The notes under the pieces were generated by a model. It had not been told where the DNA came from. It saw only the letters and a list, made by a program, of their open reading frames with translations, and ran no database searches. The position numbers were made by a program, and so were the translations under genes. From a virus: 64,000 bases of DNA. The number at the start of each line of letters is the position of its first letter. Positions within the stretch are counted from its first letter, which is position 1. Where the stretch lies: the IMG/VR virus record IMGVR_UViG_3300037462_000828, positions 47,727 to 111,726 of that record; one strand, written 5' to 3'. This document shows positions 28,393 to 38,342 of this stretch, piece after piece.

Positions 28393-29090
28393 CCGCCATG
28401 CCCCCGCCCCTCTCGCTCGCCGGCGCGACCGACGAGCAACTCTGCGAACTATTTTTGGGCCCCGGCTCGTACCTGCTCTCGGCCCCCTGGCAGCCGCTCG
28501 AGATGCGCTTCGGATCGGGCTTTCTCGACGTCGCGAACCTCGACGTCGGCCTGCTCGACGCCGAGGCGTGCGCGGTCGCCATGGGCCGCGACCCGCGGTG
28601 GGGCGGGCACTCGGGCGACCGCGTCGTCTCGGTGCTCGAGCACTCGATCGTCGTCGGCGACCTCGTGCGCCGCGCGCGGCCGCGCGACATCCGGGCGCAG
28701 CTCGCCGGGTACCTGCACGACCTGCCCGAGTCGCTTCTGCGCGACATGCAATCGCCCTTCAAGCACCGGCGCGAGATGTGGTTCTATCGCTGCCTCGAGC
28801 GCCGCGTCGCCGCGCGCCAAGAGGCGGCGTTCGGCCTCTCCGTCGGCGCGTTCGAGAGCGAGGCGGTCAAGCGCGCCGACGAAATCGCTTGGATCTGCGA
28901 GATGCGCGACCTCGACATGGGCCCCGAGGGCGAGGCCTGGGCCGCCGACCGCTGCATCGATCTCCCGGCCGCCCGCTTCTACCCGATCGCGCCGCCCGAT
29001 ATCGAAGCGCTCGAACTTCGGTGGCTTCGCAAGGTCGCCGGCCTCTGCCGAGAACTCGGCGTGCGGCCGGCGATTCGGGGGTTTCTGTGA
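28389..29090 (+). CDS. HD-domain phosphohydrolase (YfbR/YfdR-like 5'-deoxynucleotidase)
   Basis: RWGGH..SVLEHS..LHDLPE..DMQSPFK..VKRAD. Confidence 0.85.
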   Translation: MTAMPPPLSLAGATDEQLCELFLGPGSYLLSAPWQPLEMRFGSGFLDVANLDVGLLDAEACAVAMGRDPRWGGHSGDRVVSVLEHSIVVGDLVRRARPRDIRAQLAGYLHDLPESLLRDMQSPFKHRREMWFYRCLERRVAARQEAAFGLSVGAFESEAVKRADEIAWICEMRDLDMGPEGEAWAADRCIDLPAARFYPIAPPDIEALELRWLRKVAGLCRELGVRPAIRGFL

Positions 29091-29791
29091 GCGCGGCGGC
29101 GGTCGACGCCGCGCGCGAAGCGCTCGCCGCGCGCTGCGCCGGCCCGCAGATCGACGGCGCGCTCTTTCGCGACCTCGGCGGCGGATCGTGGGTCGCCCTC
29201 TGCCCCGCGCGCTTCCCCGACTTCGGGTACGCCGAGCGGGAGGGCACGCGGCAAGACCTTGGCCTCCGGCGCGAGGCGTTCTACCTCGGCGGCCGCGAGG
29301 TCGAGAGCCCGCGCCTCGTCGCCTACCTCGCCCGCGACGCGGGGCCCGGCGCGCGGACCTACGGCTACGCCGGCCGGCGCTTTCGCCCGACGCCCTTCCC
29401 GACCCGCCTCGACGACCTGCGCCGCGAGACCGACTACCTCTGCGGCGCGCGCCCCGGCGCGCCGCTCTTCGACGCCTGCGTCGCGAACCTCTACGAGACC
29501 GGCCGCGACTCGGTCGGTTGGCACGCCGACGACGAGCCCGAGGTCGGCCCCCGCCCGCCCGACGCGACGCTCGTTGCGTCGATCTCGTTCGGCGCTCGCC
29601 GCCGCTTCCTCATTCGGCGCAAGGCCGACCACCGCGACCGGCACGTCTTCGCGCTCGGCGCGGGCGACCTGCTCGTCATGGGCGGCGCGTGCCAGCGCGA
29701 TTGGGAGCACTCGGTGCCCAAGACAACGCGCCCGTGCGGCCCCCGCCTCAACCTGACCTTTCGCGTTCTCTCGCCCCAAGGATCGCCATGA
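29087..29791 (+). CDS. alkB: AlkB-family (ALKBH2/3-like) 2OG-Fe(II) dioxygenase
   Basis: NLYETGRDSVGWHADDE, ASISFGARRRF, GDLLVMGG..WEHSVPK, RLNLTFR. Confidence 0.92.
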   Translation: MSAAAVDAAREALAARCAGPQIDGALFRDLGGGSWVALCPARFPDFGYAEREGTRQDLGLRREAFYLGGREVESPRLVAYLARDAGPGARTYGYAGRRFRPTPFPTRLDDLRRETDYLCGARPGAPLFDACVANLYETGRDSVGWHADDEPEVGPRPPDATLVASISFGARRRFLIRRKADHRDRHVFALGAGDLLVMGGACQRDWEHSVPKTTRPCGPRLNLTFRVLSPQGSP

Positions 29792-30681
29792 CCGACCCGA
29801 ACACCCCGATCGCCACTCCCGACCCTACGGCTAGCCTGCTCGCGCTCGCGTGCCGGATGGCCCAACACCTCGGCTACTCGGTCGGCGTCGCCCGCGAGCC
29901 GAACGGCTACGGGGGTGTCGTTCGTATCGACCTGCCGACCGAAGGGGCCCTCGCCGACCAGCCGCCGACCCGCCGCGCGTCGTGGGTCGTCGGCGCCGCC
30001 CAACTGCCCGCGCTCGCCTTTTTGCCCGACCACGACGGGCCGCCCGACGAGGCCTCGGTTTTTGCGGCCGGCCGCCTGTGCGGCGCGTACGCCGCGATGT
30101 GGCCGGGGGAGCACGACGTGCCCCAAATCCTCGAGCGCGTGACGGCGAGCCACCGCGCCTTCGACCCGGTCGCTTGGGTCGTCGACAAGGGCTTTATCGA
30201 CGAGCGGTGCGCGCTAGCCGCGACCGCCCTGCGCCTCGTCGGCGAGCCGTCGTCGGCGTGGCCCGATCGAGATTGGCGCGAAATCGGCCGCCTGCGCGAC
30301 TGGCTCGGCGACGTCGCGCGGGGCCTCGGCCTCGCGGCGTGGCCCGGGCTAGGGGCGGCCGCGCGGGGCACCCGGGAGGCCTACGCGGCCCAGGCCGCCG
30401 TGCCGCGCGAGCCGGCGCCTGAACTCGGCGGCGCGCTCGAGTGCGTCGACGTCGCGGGCGTTCGCCTCTACGCGATGGGCGCCGACGGCGTCGAGCCGGC
30501 GGTGATTTTGATCGACAGCCAAGAGTCGATCGATCTCGGCCTCGACGAGGCCGAGGCGGTCTTTCGCGAGGGCCTTCGCCTCGTCGCCGTCGCGCGCGCG
30601 GCCGCGGCGGGGCCCGCCGCCGGCTACGCGGTCGAGCGGGACGGCCTCGAGGCCGTCGTTTCCCTGAAGGGGTCGACGTGA
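29788..30681 (+). CDS. Hypothetical protein
   Basis: ATGA-coupled ORF. Confidence 0.6.
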   Translation: MTDPNTPIATPDPTASLLALACRMAQHLGYSVGVAREPNGYGGVVRIDLPTEGALADQPPTRRASWVVGAAQLPALAFLPDHDGPPDEASVFAAGRLCGAYAAMWPGEHDVPQILERVTASHRAFDPVAWVVDKGFIDERCALAATALRLVGEPSSAWPDRDWREIGRLRDWLGDVARGLGLAAWPGLGAAARGTREAYAAQAAVPREPAPELGGALECVDVAGVRLYAMGADGVEPAVILIDSQESIDLGLDEAEAVFREGLRLVAVARAAAAGPAAGYAVERDGLEAVVSLKGST

Positions 30682-31538
30682 GGCCCGGCGCCTCGCCCGC
30701 GCGCCCCCGGGGCTACGACCCGGCCGCCGCTGCCGATTGGGGGGCGCGCGTCGCCGCGGCCGACCGGCGCGAGCGCGATCGGCTCGCTCGCGTCGAGGTC
30801 GACCCGTACACGGGCGTCGCTCGGGGCCCGGCGCCGGCCGAGACGACGGCTAGGACGCCCGGGGCTGTCGTCGACCCGACCATCGGGCCGGGCCCCCGCG
30901 ACCCGACGGTCGCCGCGCTCGCGAGAGCCGTCTCGGATCACGTCCTCGTCGGCGGCGCCGCCCTCTGCTCGTTCAACGACCTCTTTGGCCGCTACGTCGT
31001 ATCGTCCAGCGACGCGCGGGTCGAGATTGAGGCGCGCCTACTCGACGACCCGGAGCGCGCGGCCTCGGTCGAGCCCATCGCCCGCGCCGCGGCGCTTCTC
31101 GTCGGAGGGTGCTCGAGCGTGATCCTCCCCGCCGACGTGGTGCTCTGCCGGGCCGGCGTCGACGAGCGCGGGTGCCCCGCGTGGCGCCTCGAGCCGTACC
31201 TCAAGCCAGCCGCGCCGGCGGTCGACGAGGCGGCGTTCCTGCGCTTGGTCAAGAGCGCGGTCCCCGTCGGCGTTCCGGTCGCGTGGGGTACCCACGGGCA
31301 ACGGTTTCTGGCGGTCGCCCTCTCGGGCGCATTCCCCCATCAGCCGCAGACGATTGTCGAGGTCGAGCGCGAGGCCCTAGCCGACGGCGAGGGCCCGTTC
31401 ACGGCGGCCGTGCTCATCGGCGACTTTTGCTTTCGGCGTCGAGCGACCCCGATGATCGACGGCGGCCTTCGGCTCGTGAGCCACCGTACGCGCGACGTGT
31501 GGGTCGTCGCGCATCTTCTCGCCAACGACTGGCCCTGA
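30678..31538 (+). CDS. Hypothetical protein
   Basis: GTGA-coupled ORF. Confidence 0.55.
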   Translation: MRPGASPARPRGYDPAAAADWGARVAAADRRERDRLARVEVDPYTGVARGPAPAETTARTPGAVVDPTIGPGPRDPTVAALARAVSDHVLVGGAALCSFNDLFGRYVVSSSDARVEIEARLLDDPERAASVEPIARAAALLVGGCSSVILPADVVLCRAGVDERGCPAWRLEPYLKPAAPAVDEAAFLRLVKSAVPVGVPVAWGTHGQRFLAVALSGAFPHQPQTIVEVEREALADGEGPFTAAVLIGDFCFRRRATPMIDGGLRLVSHRTRDVWVVAHLLANDWP

Positions 31539-31853
31539 CCGAGCAGCGGCCGCGCGCGGGCAGGGGCGGGCCATAGCGCGTCACGCTCGGGGCATGACTC
31601 CCCCCGACCCCGCGGGCGCCCCGGCCCGCGTCGACCCGCGCGACGCGCTCGAGCGCGCCCGCTCGCGCGTCGCCGAGCACCGCGGCGCGGCCCGCCGCCT
31701 GACCCTCGCCGCGGGCCGGCGCAGGGGCCGAGCCGCAAGCGCCCGCCTCGCCCGCGCGGCCGACCACCGCGCCCACGCGAGCGAGCTCGCGGCCGTCGCG
31801 CGCGCCCTCGCCTTCGCGCTCGGCGCGGCCGACGGCGGCGACGGGGGCGCGTC

Positions 31854-32516
31854 GTGATCGCCGCCGCCGAGGTCTACGGCGGGCGCGGGTTCGACGCGCG
31901 GCACGCGGGGCAGCTCGCGTGGTACTTCGAAAAAGGCCTCGCTCGGGTCTACCCCAAGGCGATCGACTGCGAGCGGCACGGCCAGGGCTTGACGGAGTTC
32001 GGCACGGCGCCCGTCTACGAGCCGCCCGACCTCGACGAGGCCGCGCGGTTCGGCGCGATTGACCGGGCGCTCTATCGCTGCTCGGACCTCGCCCGCGTCA
32101 CGCTCGCGCTCGCCTACGGCGACGAGGGCGCCTACTGGGTCGGCCGCCCCCTCGGGTTCGACGACCGGCCCTGGGCCGTCGCCGCCCTGACCGAGCCCGC
32201 GCGCGAGGCGGCCGAGGCCCCCCAGACGCCCGAGTTCTGGCGCGCCGCCTTCCCCGCCTACGGCGGCGCCCCCCCCGGAGGCAACCGCCCCCGGGCCTGG
32301 GTGAGGGCTTTCGTCCCGGTGAGCCGCCGCAACGCCAAGGCCCGCGCCCTTGCCCTACGCGTGCGCCGCGCCGCCGAACTCTTGCTCGATGACGCGGAGG
32401 AACAGTTCGCCGTCGCTTACGACGTGCGCGACGCCAGCCTGCGCCAGATCAAGCGCGAGGGCCGGCGCGCGCACGAGGCGCGCCCCTTCGTCTGCGTTCG
32501 GGTCGAGGGGGCCTAG
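31854..32516 (+). CDS. Hypothetical protein
   Basis: Coupled ORF with globular composition. Confidence 0.6.
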   Translation: MIAAAEVYGGRGFDARHAGQLAWYFEKGLARVYPKAIDCERHGQGLTEFGTAPVYEPPDLDEAARFGAIDRALYRCSDLARVTLALAYGDEGAYWVGRPLGFDDRPWAVAALTEPAREAAEAPQTPEFWRAAFPAYGGAPPGGNRPRAWVRAFVPVSRRNAKARALALRVRRAAELLLDDAEEQFAVAYDVRDASLRQIKREGRRAHEARPFVCVRVEGA

Positions 32517-32520
32517 CTCC

Positions 32521-32802
32521 GTGGCGCGCGTTCCGAAGCACGCCCGCCCCCGCTGCGGGGCCCGCAAGCGCGACGGGCGGCCTTGCGCGGCGCCGGTCGA
32601 GTGCGCCCCCGACGGGTCGCTGCGCCGCCGGTGCCGCAACCACGGCGGGGCCTCGACGGGCCCGCGGACAGCCGAGGGCCGGGCCCGGACGGGCGCCGCC
32701 GTCGCCGCACGCTGGGAGGCCTACCGAGCGCGAAAAGCGGCCGGAGGCGTTAACAAAGACGGCGCGCCGGCCGTAGCCACGAACAGAGGCGATTCGACAT
32801 GA
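32521..32802 (+). CDS. HGGxSTG-domain protein
   Basis: CGARKRDGRPC...RCRNHGGASTGPRTAEGR. Confidence 0.85.
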   Translation: MARVPKHARPRCGARKRDGRPCAAPVECAPDGSLRRRCRNHGGASTGPRTAEGRARTGAAVAARWEAYRARKAAGGVNKDGAPAVATNRGDST

Positions 32803-33695
32803 TCGACGCGGAAACTAAGGAGAAACTTGTCGACCGACTGCGGGGCCGCCGCGTCGTGCTTTCGGTCATCGGAGGCAAAGACTCGGCGGCGGCCTCGCTC
32901 TACCTGCGCGACCTAGGCATCGACCACGACCGCGTGTTCGCCGACACCGGGTGGGAGTCGCCCGTTACGTACGAGTACCTGCGCGGCGACCTGACGCGCG
33001 CGCTCGGTCCGATCCACGAGGTGCGCGGTCGCTACACCCTGCCCGAACTCGTGCGGGCGAAGATGATGTTTCCGAGCCGCCGCATTCGCTTCTGCACGCA
33101 AGAACTCAAGGTCTTCCCGCTCGCCAAGTACGTCAAGTCGATCGATACCGAGACGGTCAACGCCGTCGGCGTGCGCGCGGCCGAGAGCCAGGCGCGCTCG
33201 CTCCTCGAGGAGTGGGAATGGTCCGACACCTTCGACTGCGACGTCTGGCGGCCGATCATCGCGTGGTCGGAGCAAGACGTGATCGACATTCACAAGAGGC
33301 ACGGGCTCGCGCCGAACCCCCTCTACTTGCGAGGCGCCTCGCGCGTCGGGTGCTTCCCGTGCATCCACGCCAGCAAGAAAGAGATCGGCCTCATCGCCGA
33401 CCTCGACCCGGCGCGCATTGACGAGATCCGGGCGCTTGAGGCCGAGGTGCAAGAGGGCGCTAGGGCCCGCTACGCGGCCAAGGGCGAGACCTTCGAAAGC
33501 AAGGGCTACTCGCCCCCGACCTTCTTTCAAAGCCCGCTTGGCGCTCGGCGCATGTGGTCGATCGACGAAGCCGTTACGTGGTCGCGCACGTCGCGCGGCG
33601 GCCGGCAACTCGAGATGTTCCGTGACCCGCACGACGGGTGCGTGCGCTGGGGCATGTGCGAGGCGGGGGCCGACGACAAGGACGGCAACGCGTGA
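32799..33695 (+). CDS. PAPS-reductase-family (PP-loop) protein
   Basis: GGKDS, FADTGWE, RFCTQELK, GVRAAES..R, RPIIAWS, NPLY..GASRVGCFPC. Confidence 0.92.
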   Translation: MIDAETKEKLVDRLRGRRVVLSVIGGKDSAAASLYLRDLGIDHDRVFADTGWESPVTYEYLRGDLTRALGPIHEVRGRYTLPELVRAKMMFPSRRIRFCTQELKVFPLAKYVKSIDTETVNAVGVRAAESQARSLLEEWEWSDTFDCDVWRPIIAWSEQDVIDIHKRHGLAPNPLYLRGASRVGCFPCIHASKKEIGLIADLDPARIDEIRALEAEVQEGARARYAAKGETFESKGYSPPTFFQSPLGARRMWSIDEAVTWSRTSRGGRQLEMFRDPHDGCVRWGMCEAGADDKDGNA

Positions 33696-34017
33696 ACCCG
33701 TATCGCGCCCCCGTGCGCCCGCCTCTTCCGGCCCACAACCCCGACGAGGGGCCATGGCCCCGATGGCTCCCGTCGCGCGACCCGCTACACCAAGGCAAGG
33801 TGGTTTGCTGGGGCGCCGGGGCCTGCACGGGCCGGGGCGCTCGGCCCGAAGGAGATCGCTACTGCTGCGGCGCCGATTGGGGGCCCAAGCTAGCCACGAC
33901 GCGGCCTGTCAAGCGAGGCCTAGTGGCTGCCGTCATGAATGTATGCCGCGCGCGAAAAGCGGCCGGGGCTCTTACGACCGCCGAGGGTGCGGCCGTTGCC
34001 GAAGGCGAGGAACCGAC

Positions 34018-34530
34018 ATGCAGTGGCGAATAAGTGACCGAGCCGACCCCGAGGCGCGCGCCCTCGCGGATCGCCACTACAACCGGCAGAAGCCGGGCAC
34101 GCCGCATTTCGTGCCGCCGGGGCGGTGCCTTGTGCTGGTTTGCGACAAGGCGTTCTGGGTCACGTCGTGGCCGTTCGCCGAGTACACCAAGCACGCGTGG
34201 GCCGGGGCGTGGGTCTGCTCCGCCTTTCGCAACGAGGGCGCGGGCCTCGCCTCGGCGCTCATCACCGACGCGGTGGCCGCGACCCGCTGGCGATGGCCCG
34301 ACGTTCCGCCCGAGGGCATGATTACCTTCGTCAACCGGGCGAAGGTGCGCCACAAGCGCGACCCGGGCCGCTGCTACCGTCGCGCCGGCTTCGTCCCTTG
34401 CGGCGAAACTAAGGGCGGTCTCCTCGCCCTTCGGCTCGACCCGGGCGACATGCCGCCGGCCGCCGCGCCGATCGGATCGCAGGCGTCGCTCTTGTGGGTC
34501 GAAGCGCCCCCGGCCTCGGCGGGCACGTGA
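34018..34530 (+). CDS. Mom-like / GNAT-fold phage protein
   Basis: LADRHY, CSAFRNEGAGLASALI, MITFV, DPGRCYRRAGF. Confidence 0.6.
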   Translation: MQWRISDRADPEARALADRHYNRQKPGTPHFVPPGRCLVLVCDKAFWVTSWPFAEYTKHAWAGAWVCSAFRNEGAGLASALITDAVAATRWRWPDVPPEGMITFVNRAKVRHKRDPGRCYRRAGFVPCGETKGGLLALRLDPGDMPPAAAPIGSQASLLWVEAPPASAGT

Positions 34531-34828
34531 GCGCCTACCGAACGGGCTACCGCCCCGACCCCGACCCCGAGCCGCCCGAGCCGAAGGCGCCGCCGCCGCC
34601 GCCGGCGAAGCCGCCGAGCCCCTACCCCGCCGCCCTCGCCCGCGCCGCGCGCCGCGTCCTGACGGCGGCGGCCGCGGCGACGGCTGCGTGCGCCGCCGTG
34701 CCGGCGGAGACGCTCGGGGCGATCGACCCGGCGACGGCCGTCGTCGCGTTCTTCTACGCCCTTTTGCTCGGCCGGCTGCTCGCCGGTCTTATCGTCGGGC
34801 CAGACCCGACCGTACCCGACGGTAGCCC

Positions 34829-36343
34829 ATGAGCCGACCGACGACGCCCGAGCAAAAAGACGACGCCCGCCGCCGACGGGAGGCCTTCGCTGAGCGGTTC
34901 GGCGCGCGCCTCGACGCGTCGGGCATGACCGGCACCGCGCTCGCTGAGCGCGTCGGCGCGTCGACCCAATCGGTCTCGGCCTGGCGCTACGGCCGGTCGC
35001 TGCCCCGCGACGCCGCCCTCGCGCGGCTCGCCGCGGCGCTCGATTGCGACCCGGCCTGGCTCTCGGCCGCCGACGTCGCGCCCCCGCCGCCGCCCAAGCC
35101 CGCGGCGCCGCCCCGGGCGCCCGCCCCCGCGCGCACGCCGCGCCGCGCGCTGCCACCGGCCCCTGCTCCGGCCCCCCGGGCCTCGCCCCGGGCCCGCGAG
35201 CCCTCCCTCGCGTGGCACGCCGACCTCGCGGCGCGCGAGGCCGACCATTGGGTCGCCCTGCTCGCCGCCCCCGACCCGGCCCCCGTCGCCGCCGCCGCGC
35301 GGCGCGGGCTCGACGCGCGCCTCGATCGGCAACGCTCGGGCGACGACCTCGCCGAGGCCGCGGTCGCGTCGGCGCTCGCCTGCGTCGAACGGGGCGAGGG
35401 CGAGGACGCCGCCCGGTCGCTCGCGCGCGCCTTGCGCTTCGCCGACGTCGGCCGCCTTGCGCGCGCCGAGGCCCGGCGCGAGGTCGAGGCGACGCCGCCC
35501 GTCGACGCCGCGGGCTACGCCTGGGCCGACCGCGTGCTCGCGACGCGCCGGGCCTACGAGGCCGTTCGCAACCGCGTCGTCGCCGAAAACCGCGCGCTCT
35601 GCTACGCGCTGACGCGCCGCCTCGCGCGCGCCTCGGGCGTCGACCCCGACGACCTCGCCGCCGAGGCGATCGCCGGCCTCCTTCGCGCCGTCGAGCGCTA
35701 CGAGCCCGGGCACGGTACGACGCTCGCGACCTACGCCCAGCACTGGGTGCGACACGCCGTCGACCGCAACCTCGGCCACTACCAAGACCTACGGCTGCCC
35801 GTCAACGCGGTCGACGACCTGACGCTCGTGCTCCGCGCCGACGAGGCGGGCGCCGCCCCGGCGCTCTCGGACGCGCGCGTCAAGCGCGTGCGCGAGGCGC
35901 ACCGCGTGCGGCGTTTCGCCCGGCTCGACGCGCCGCACGCAGTACGCCTCGTCGGCGGGGGCGACACGGCCTTTACGCTCGGCGATATGGTGGCCGACCC
36001 GGGGGCGTCGCCCGAAGAGCAGGCCATCGCGGCCGAGGAAGCCGCCGCCCTGCGCGCCGCGCTCGCTCGCCTTCCGGCAAGGCGCCGGCGCGTGCTCGAG
36101 GCGCGCTTCGGGCTCGACGGGCCCGAGCAGACCCTCAACGAGGTCGGCGCTCGCATGGGCGTCGGCCGCGAGCGCGCGCGGCAAATCGAGGTGCGGGCGC
36201 TCGCCGACCTCGCCGCCGAACTCGGGCGCTCGGGCGGCGTCGACCGCGGCGCCCGCCCCGAGGGCCGTCGCGTGCGCGCCCCCGCAAGCGACCCCATCGA
36301 CGCCTTGGTCGACGCCGTCGTGCGCCGCCGGGAGGCCGCGTGA
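34829..36343 (+). CDS. XRE-HTH fused to a sigma70-family sigma factor
   Basis: N-terminal GMTGTALAERVGASTQSVSAWRYGRSLP; region 2 GLLRAVERYEP..LATYAQHWVRHAV; region 4 RFGLDGPEQTLNEVG..VGRERARQIE. Confidence 0.9.
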   Translation: MSRPTTPEQKDDARRRREAFAERFGARLDASGMTGTALAERVGASTQSVSAWRYGRSLPRDAALARLAAALDCDPAWLSAADVAPPPPPKPAAPPRAPAPARTPRRALPPAPAPAPRASPRAREPSLAWHADLAAREADHWVALLAAPDPAPVAAAARRGLDARLDRQRSGDDLAEAAVASALACVERGEGEDAARSLARALRFADVGRLARAEARREVEATPPVDAAGYAWADRVLATRRAYEAVRNRVVAENRALCYALTRRLARASGVDPDDLAAEAIAGLLRAVERYEPGHGTTLATYAQHWVRHAVDRNLGHYQDLRLPVNAVDDLTLVLRADEAGAAPALSDARVKRVREAHRVRRFARLDAPHAVRLVGGGDTAFTLGDMVADPGASPEEQAIAAEEAAALRAALARLPARRRRVLEARFGLDGPEQTLNEVGARMGVGRERARQIEVRALADLAAELGRSGGVDRGARPEGRRVRAPASDPIDALVDAVVRRREAA

Positions 36344-36954
36344 CCCACGCCGACCTCGTCGCGCGCGCCGCGCGCTGGCTTCACAACACCCTCCACCACC
36401 CGATCGTACTCGTCGAGATCGGATCGACCGGCGGCGAGAGCCCCGACGTTATCGGCTGGAAGACCGGGCACTCGACGCTGATCGAATGCAAGGCGAGCCG
36501 TTCCGACTTTCTCGCCGACCGGAAGAAGCCCTTTCGGCTGATGCCCGACCTCGGCATGGGCCGGCTTCGCTGGTACTGCGCGCCGCCCGGGGTCATCGCG
36601 CCGGCCGACCTGCCCGAGCGCTGGGGGCTCGTCGAGGCCCACGGCCGGTCGATGCGCGTCGTCGCCAAGGCGGGTCCGTACTACGAGGCGCTCTCGTTCG
36701 TCGCCCAAGTCAGCGAAACGCACCTGCTCATGAGCGCCGCGCAGCGCATCGCCGAGGGGTGGGGCCGGGCTCAAGTGGCCTACCCCCGCGTGCCCGAGGC
36801 CGGGCCCCCGCCGCCCCGGTGCCGGGCGTGCTTCGCCGAGGGGCGCCCGGCGCGCGGCCCCGCGTGCCACGCCTGCGGCCGGGCCCTCAGGCTCGAGCCC
36901 GACGACGAGGTTTCGGGCTTCGGAGGCGAGGGCCCTTTACAAGTCCGCCACTAG
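36340..36954 (+). CDS. MmcB-like PD-(D/E)xK nuclease-fold protein
   Basis: ESPDVIGW..IECKASRSDFLAD..DLPERWGL. Confidence 0.75.
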   Translation: MTHADLVARAARWLHNTLHHPIVLVEIGSTGGESPDVIGWKTGHSTLIECKASRSDFLADRKKPFRLMPDLGMGRLRWYCAPPGVIAPADLPERWGLVEAHGRSMRVVAKAGPYYEALSFVAQVSETHLLMSAAQRIAEGWGRAQVAYPRVPEAGPPPPRCRACFAEGRPARGPACHACGRALRLEPDDEVSGFGGEGPLQVRH

Positions 36955-36964
36955 GACGTATTGA
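36936..36964 (+). promoter_or_regulatory. sigma70-like promoter with operator-like palindrome, probably leaderless
   Basis: TTTACA-N17-TATTGA, ATG 6 nt later; TCCGCC-ACTAG-GACGTA at 36944-36960. Confidence 0.6.
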
Positions 36965-36970
36965 TAGGGC

Positions 36971-37990
36971 ATGACCGACGTCGCTACCGCCGCCCCCGCC
37001 GCTACGCCCGAGACCGCGTGGGTTCACCCCTTCGAGATACTAGGCCTCGGCCGCGCCCCCTTCCGCTGCGTCGGCTTTCGGGTCGACGTCTACCAAGCGT
37101 GCCCGGGCGCGCCCGTTCAGCCCGCCGGGGCGTGCGACGTGTGCGGCGCCGGCCTCAAGTACGTCTACCTCGTCGCCGGCTCGGGCCCGGGCGACGCGGC
37201 GTTCCGGGTCGGGTGCGACTGCGTCGCCAAGACGGGCGACACCGAACTCGAGCAAGCCGCCCGGCGCGCGCGCCGCGCCGAGGCCGACCGCGAGGCGCGC
37301 GAGTACGCGCGCGGCAAGGCCGAGGCCCGGCGCGCCCTCGAGCGCGAGCAAGCCGCGGAGAACGCGGTTACGCACCGCGCGATCATCGCCGAACTCGAGC
37401 GCCTCTGCGCCGCCACCGAGCGCGCCGATCGTGCCGCCCGCGTTCGCATCGAGGACGACTACAACGACCGCACGGCCAAGTCGTACAACCTCTGCCTCGA
37501 ACTGCTCGGCGACCTGCGCGGCGGCCGGCGCGATCACGGCCCCGACGCGGGCGAGCGCGTCGCGGTCGACGCCGTGCGCCGCGCCGTCGACGCCCCCGCC
37601 TCGACGCACGTCGGGACGCCGGGCGTCCGGGCGAAGGGGCTCGTCTGCACCTACGAGGGCGTCGCCTACACGACCTCGCCCGAGTCGTCGCCGTGGGGGC
37701 CCAAGGATCTCGTCAAACTGCTCGTCGCCGAGGGGCCGCACGCCGGGGCGTGGCTCCTCTGGTGGACGACGAGCGCGGCCCGCGTTGCCGACCCGGCCGC
37801 GCCCTACGGCGAGCGGCGCGTTGCGATCGGCGAGCGCGTCGTCGTCGCCGCGACCGTCGACCGGCACACCGACTACAAGGGGTGCGCCCAGACCGAGGTC
37901 AAGCGGGCCGCGTTCGCCCTGCCGGCCGCCGCGCCCCCGCCCAAGGCCCCGCGCGCCCGCCGTGCCGCCGCCCGTCAGGTGGCGCCGTGA
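36971..37990 (+). CDS. Zinc finger plus C-terminal OB-fold-like protein
   Basis: CDVCG..VGCDCV; HVGTPG...GERVVVAATVDRHTDYKGCAQTEVKR. Confidence 0.7.
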   Translation: MTDVATAAPAATPETAWVHPFEILGLGRAPFRCVGFRVDVYQACPGAPVQPAGACDVCGAGLKYVYLVAGSGPGDAAFRVGCDCVAKTGDTELEQAARRARRAEADREAREYARGKAEARRALEREQAAENAVTHRAIIAELERLCAATERADRAARVRIEDDYNDRTAKSYNLCLELLGDLRGGRRDHGPDAGERVAVDAVRRAVDAPASTHVGTPGVRAKGLVCTYEGVAYTTSPESSPWGPKDLVKLLVAEGPHAGAWLLWWTTSAARVADPAAPYGERRVAIGERVVVAATVDRHTDYKGCAQTEVKRAAFALPAAAPPPKAPRARRAAARQVAP

Positions 37991-38342
37991 AGGCCTCGCG
38001 CGTCTGGTACCTCCTCACCCAAGCCGCCGGCTCGGCCGCGGTCGCCTCGGCCTCGGCGTCGCTTACCTGGGCGTGGCTCGGCGGCCCCTACGGCGGGCAC
38101 CACGCCCTCGCCGCCCTCTGCGCCGCCTCGGGGGTAGGCGCGGCGTTCGCCGACTACCGGGCGGGCGTCGCGCGCCGCCGCGAGGCCCTCGCGCGCGAGG
38201 CCGACCTGCTCCGCGGCCGGCGCCGCGGGGGCCCGGTCGCGATCGGGTTGCGCCGCCTCGACCGCGAGCAGACCGTCGTCGACCGCCCCCGCCCGGCGCG
38301 TCAGGCCTAAACGGTCGGCTCGCCCGCGCCGTTACCAAGACC

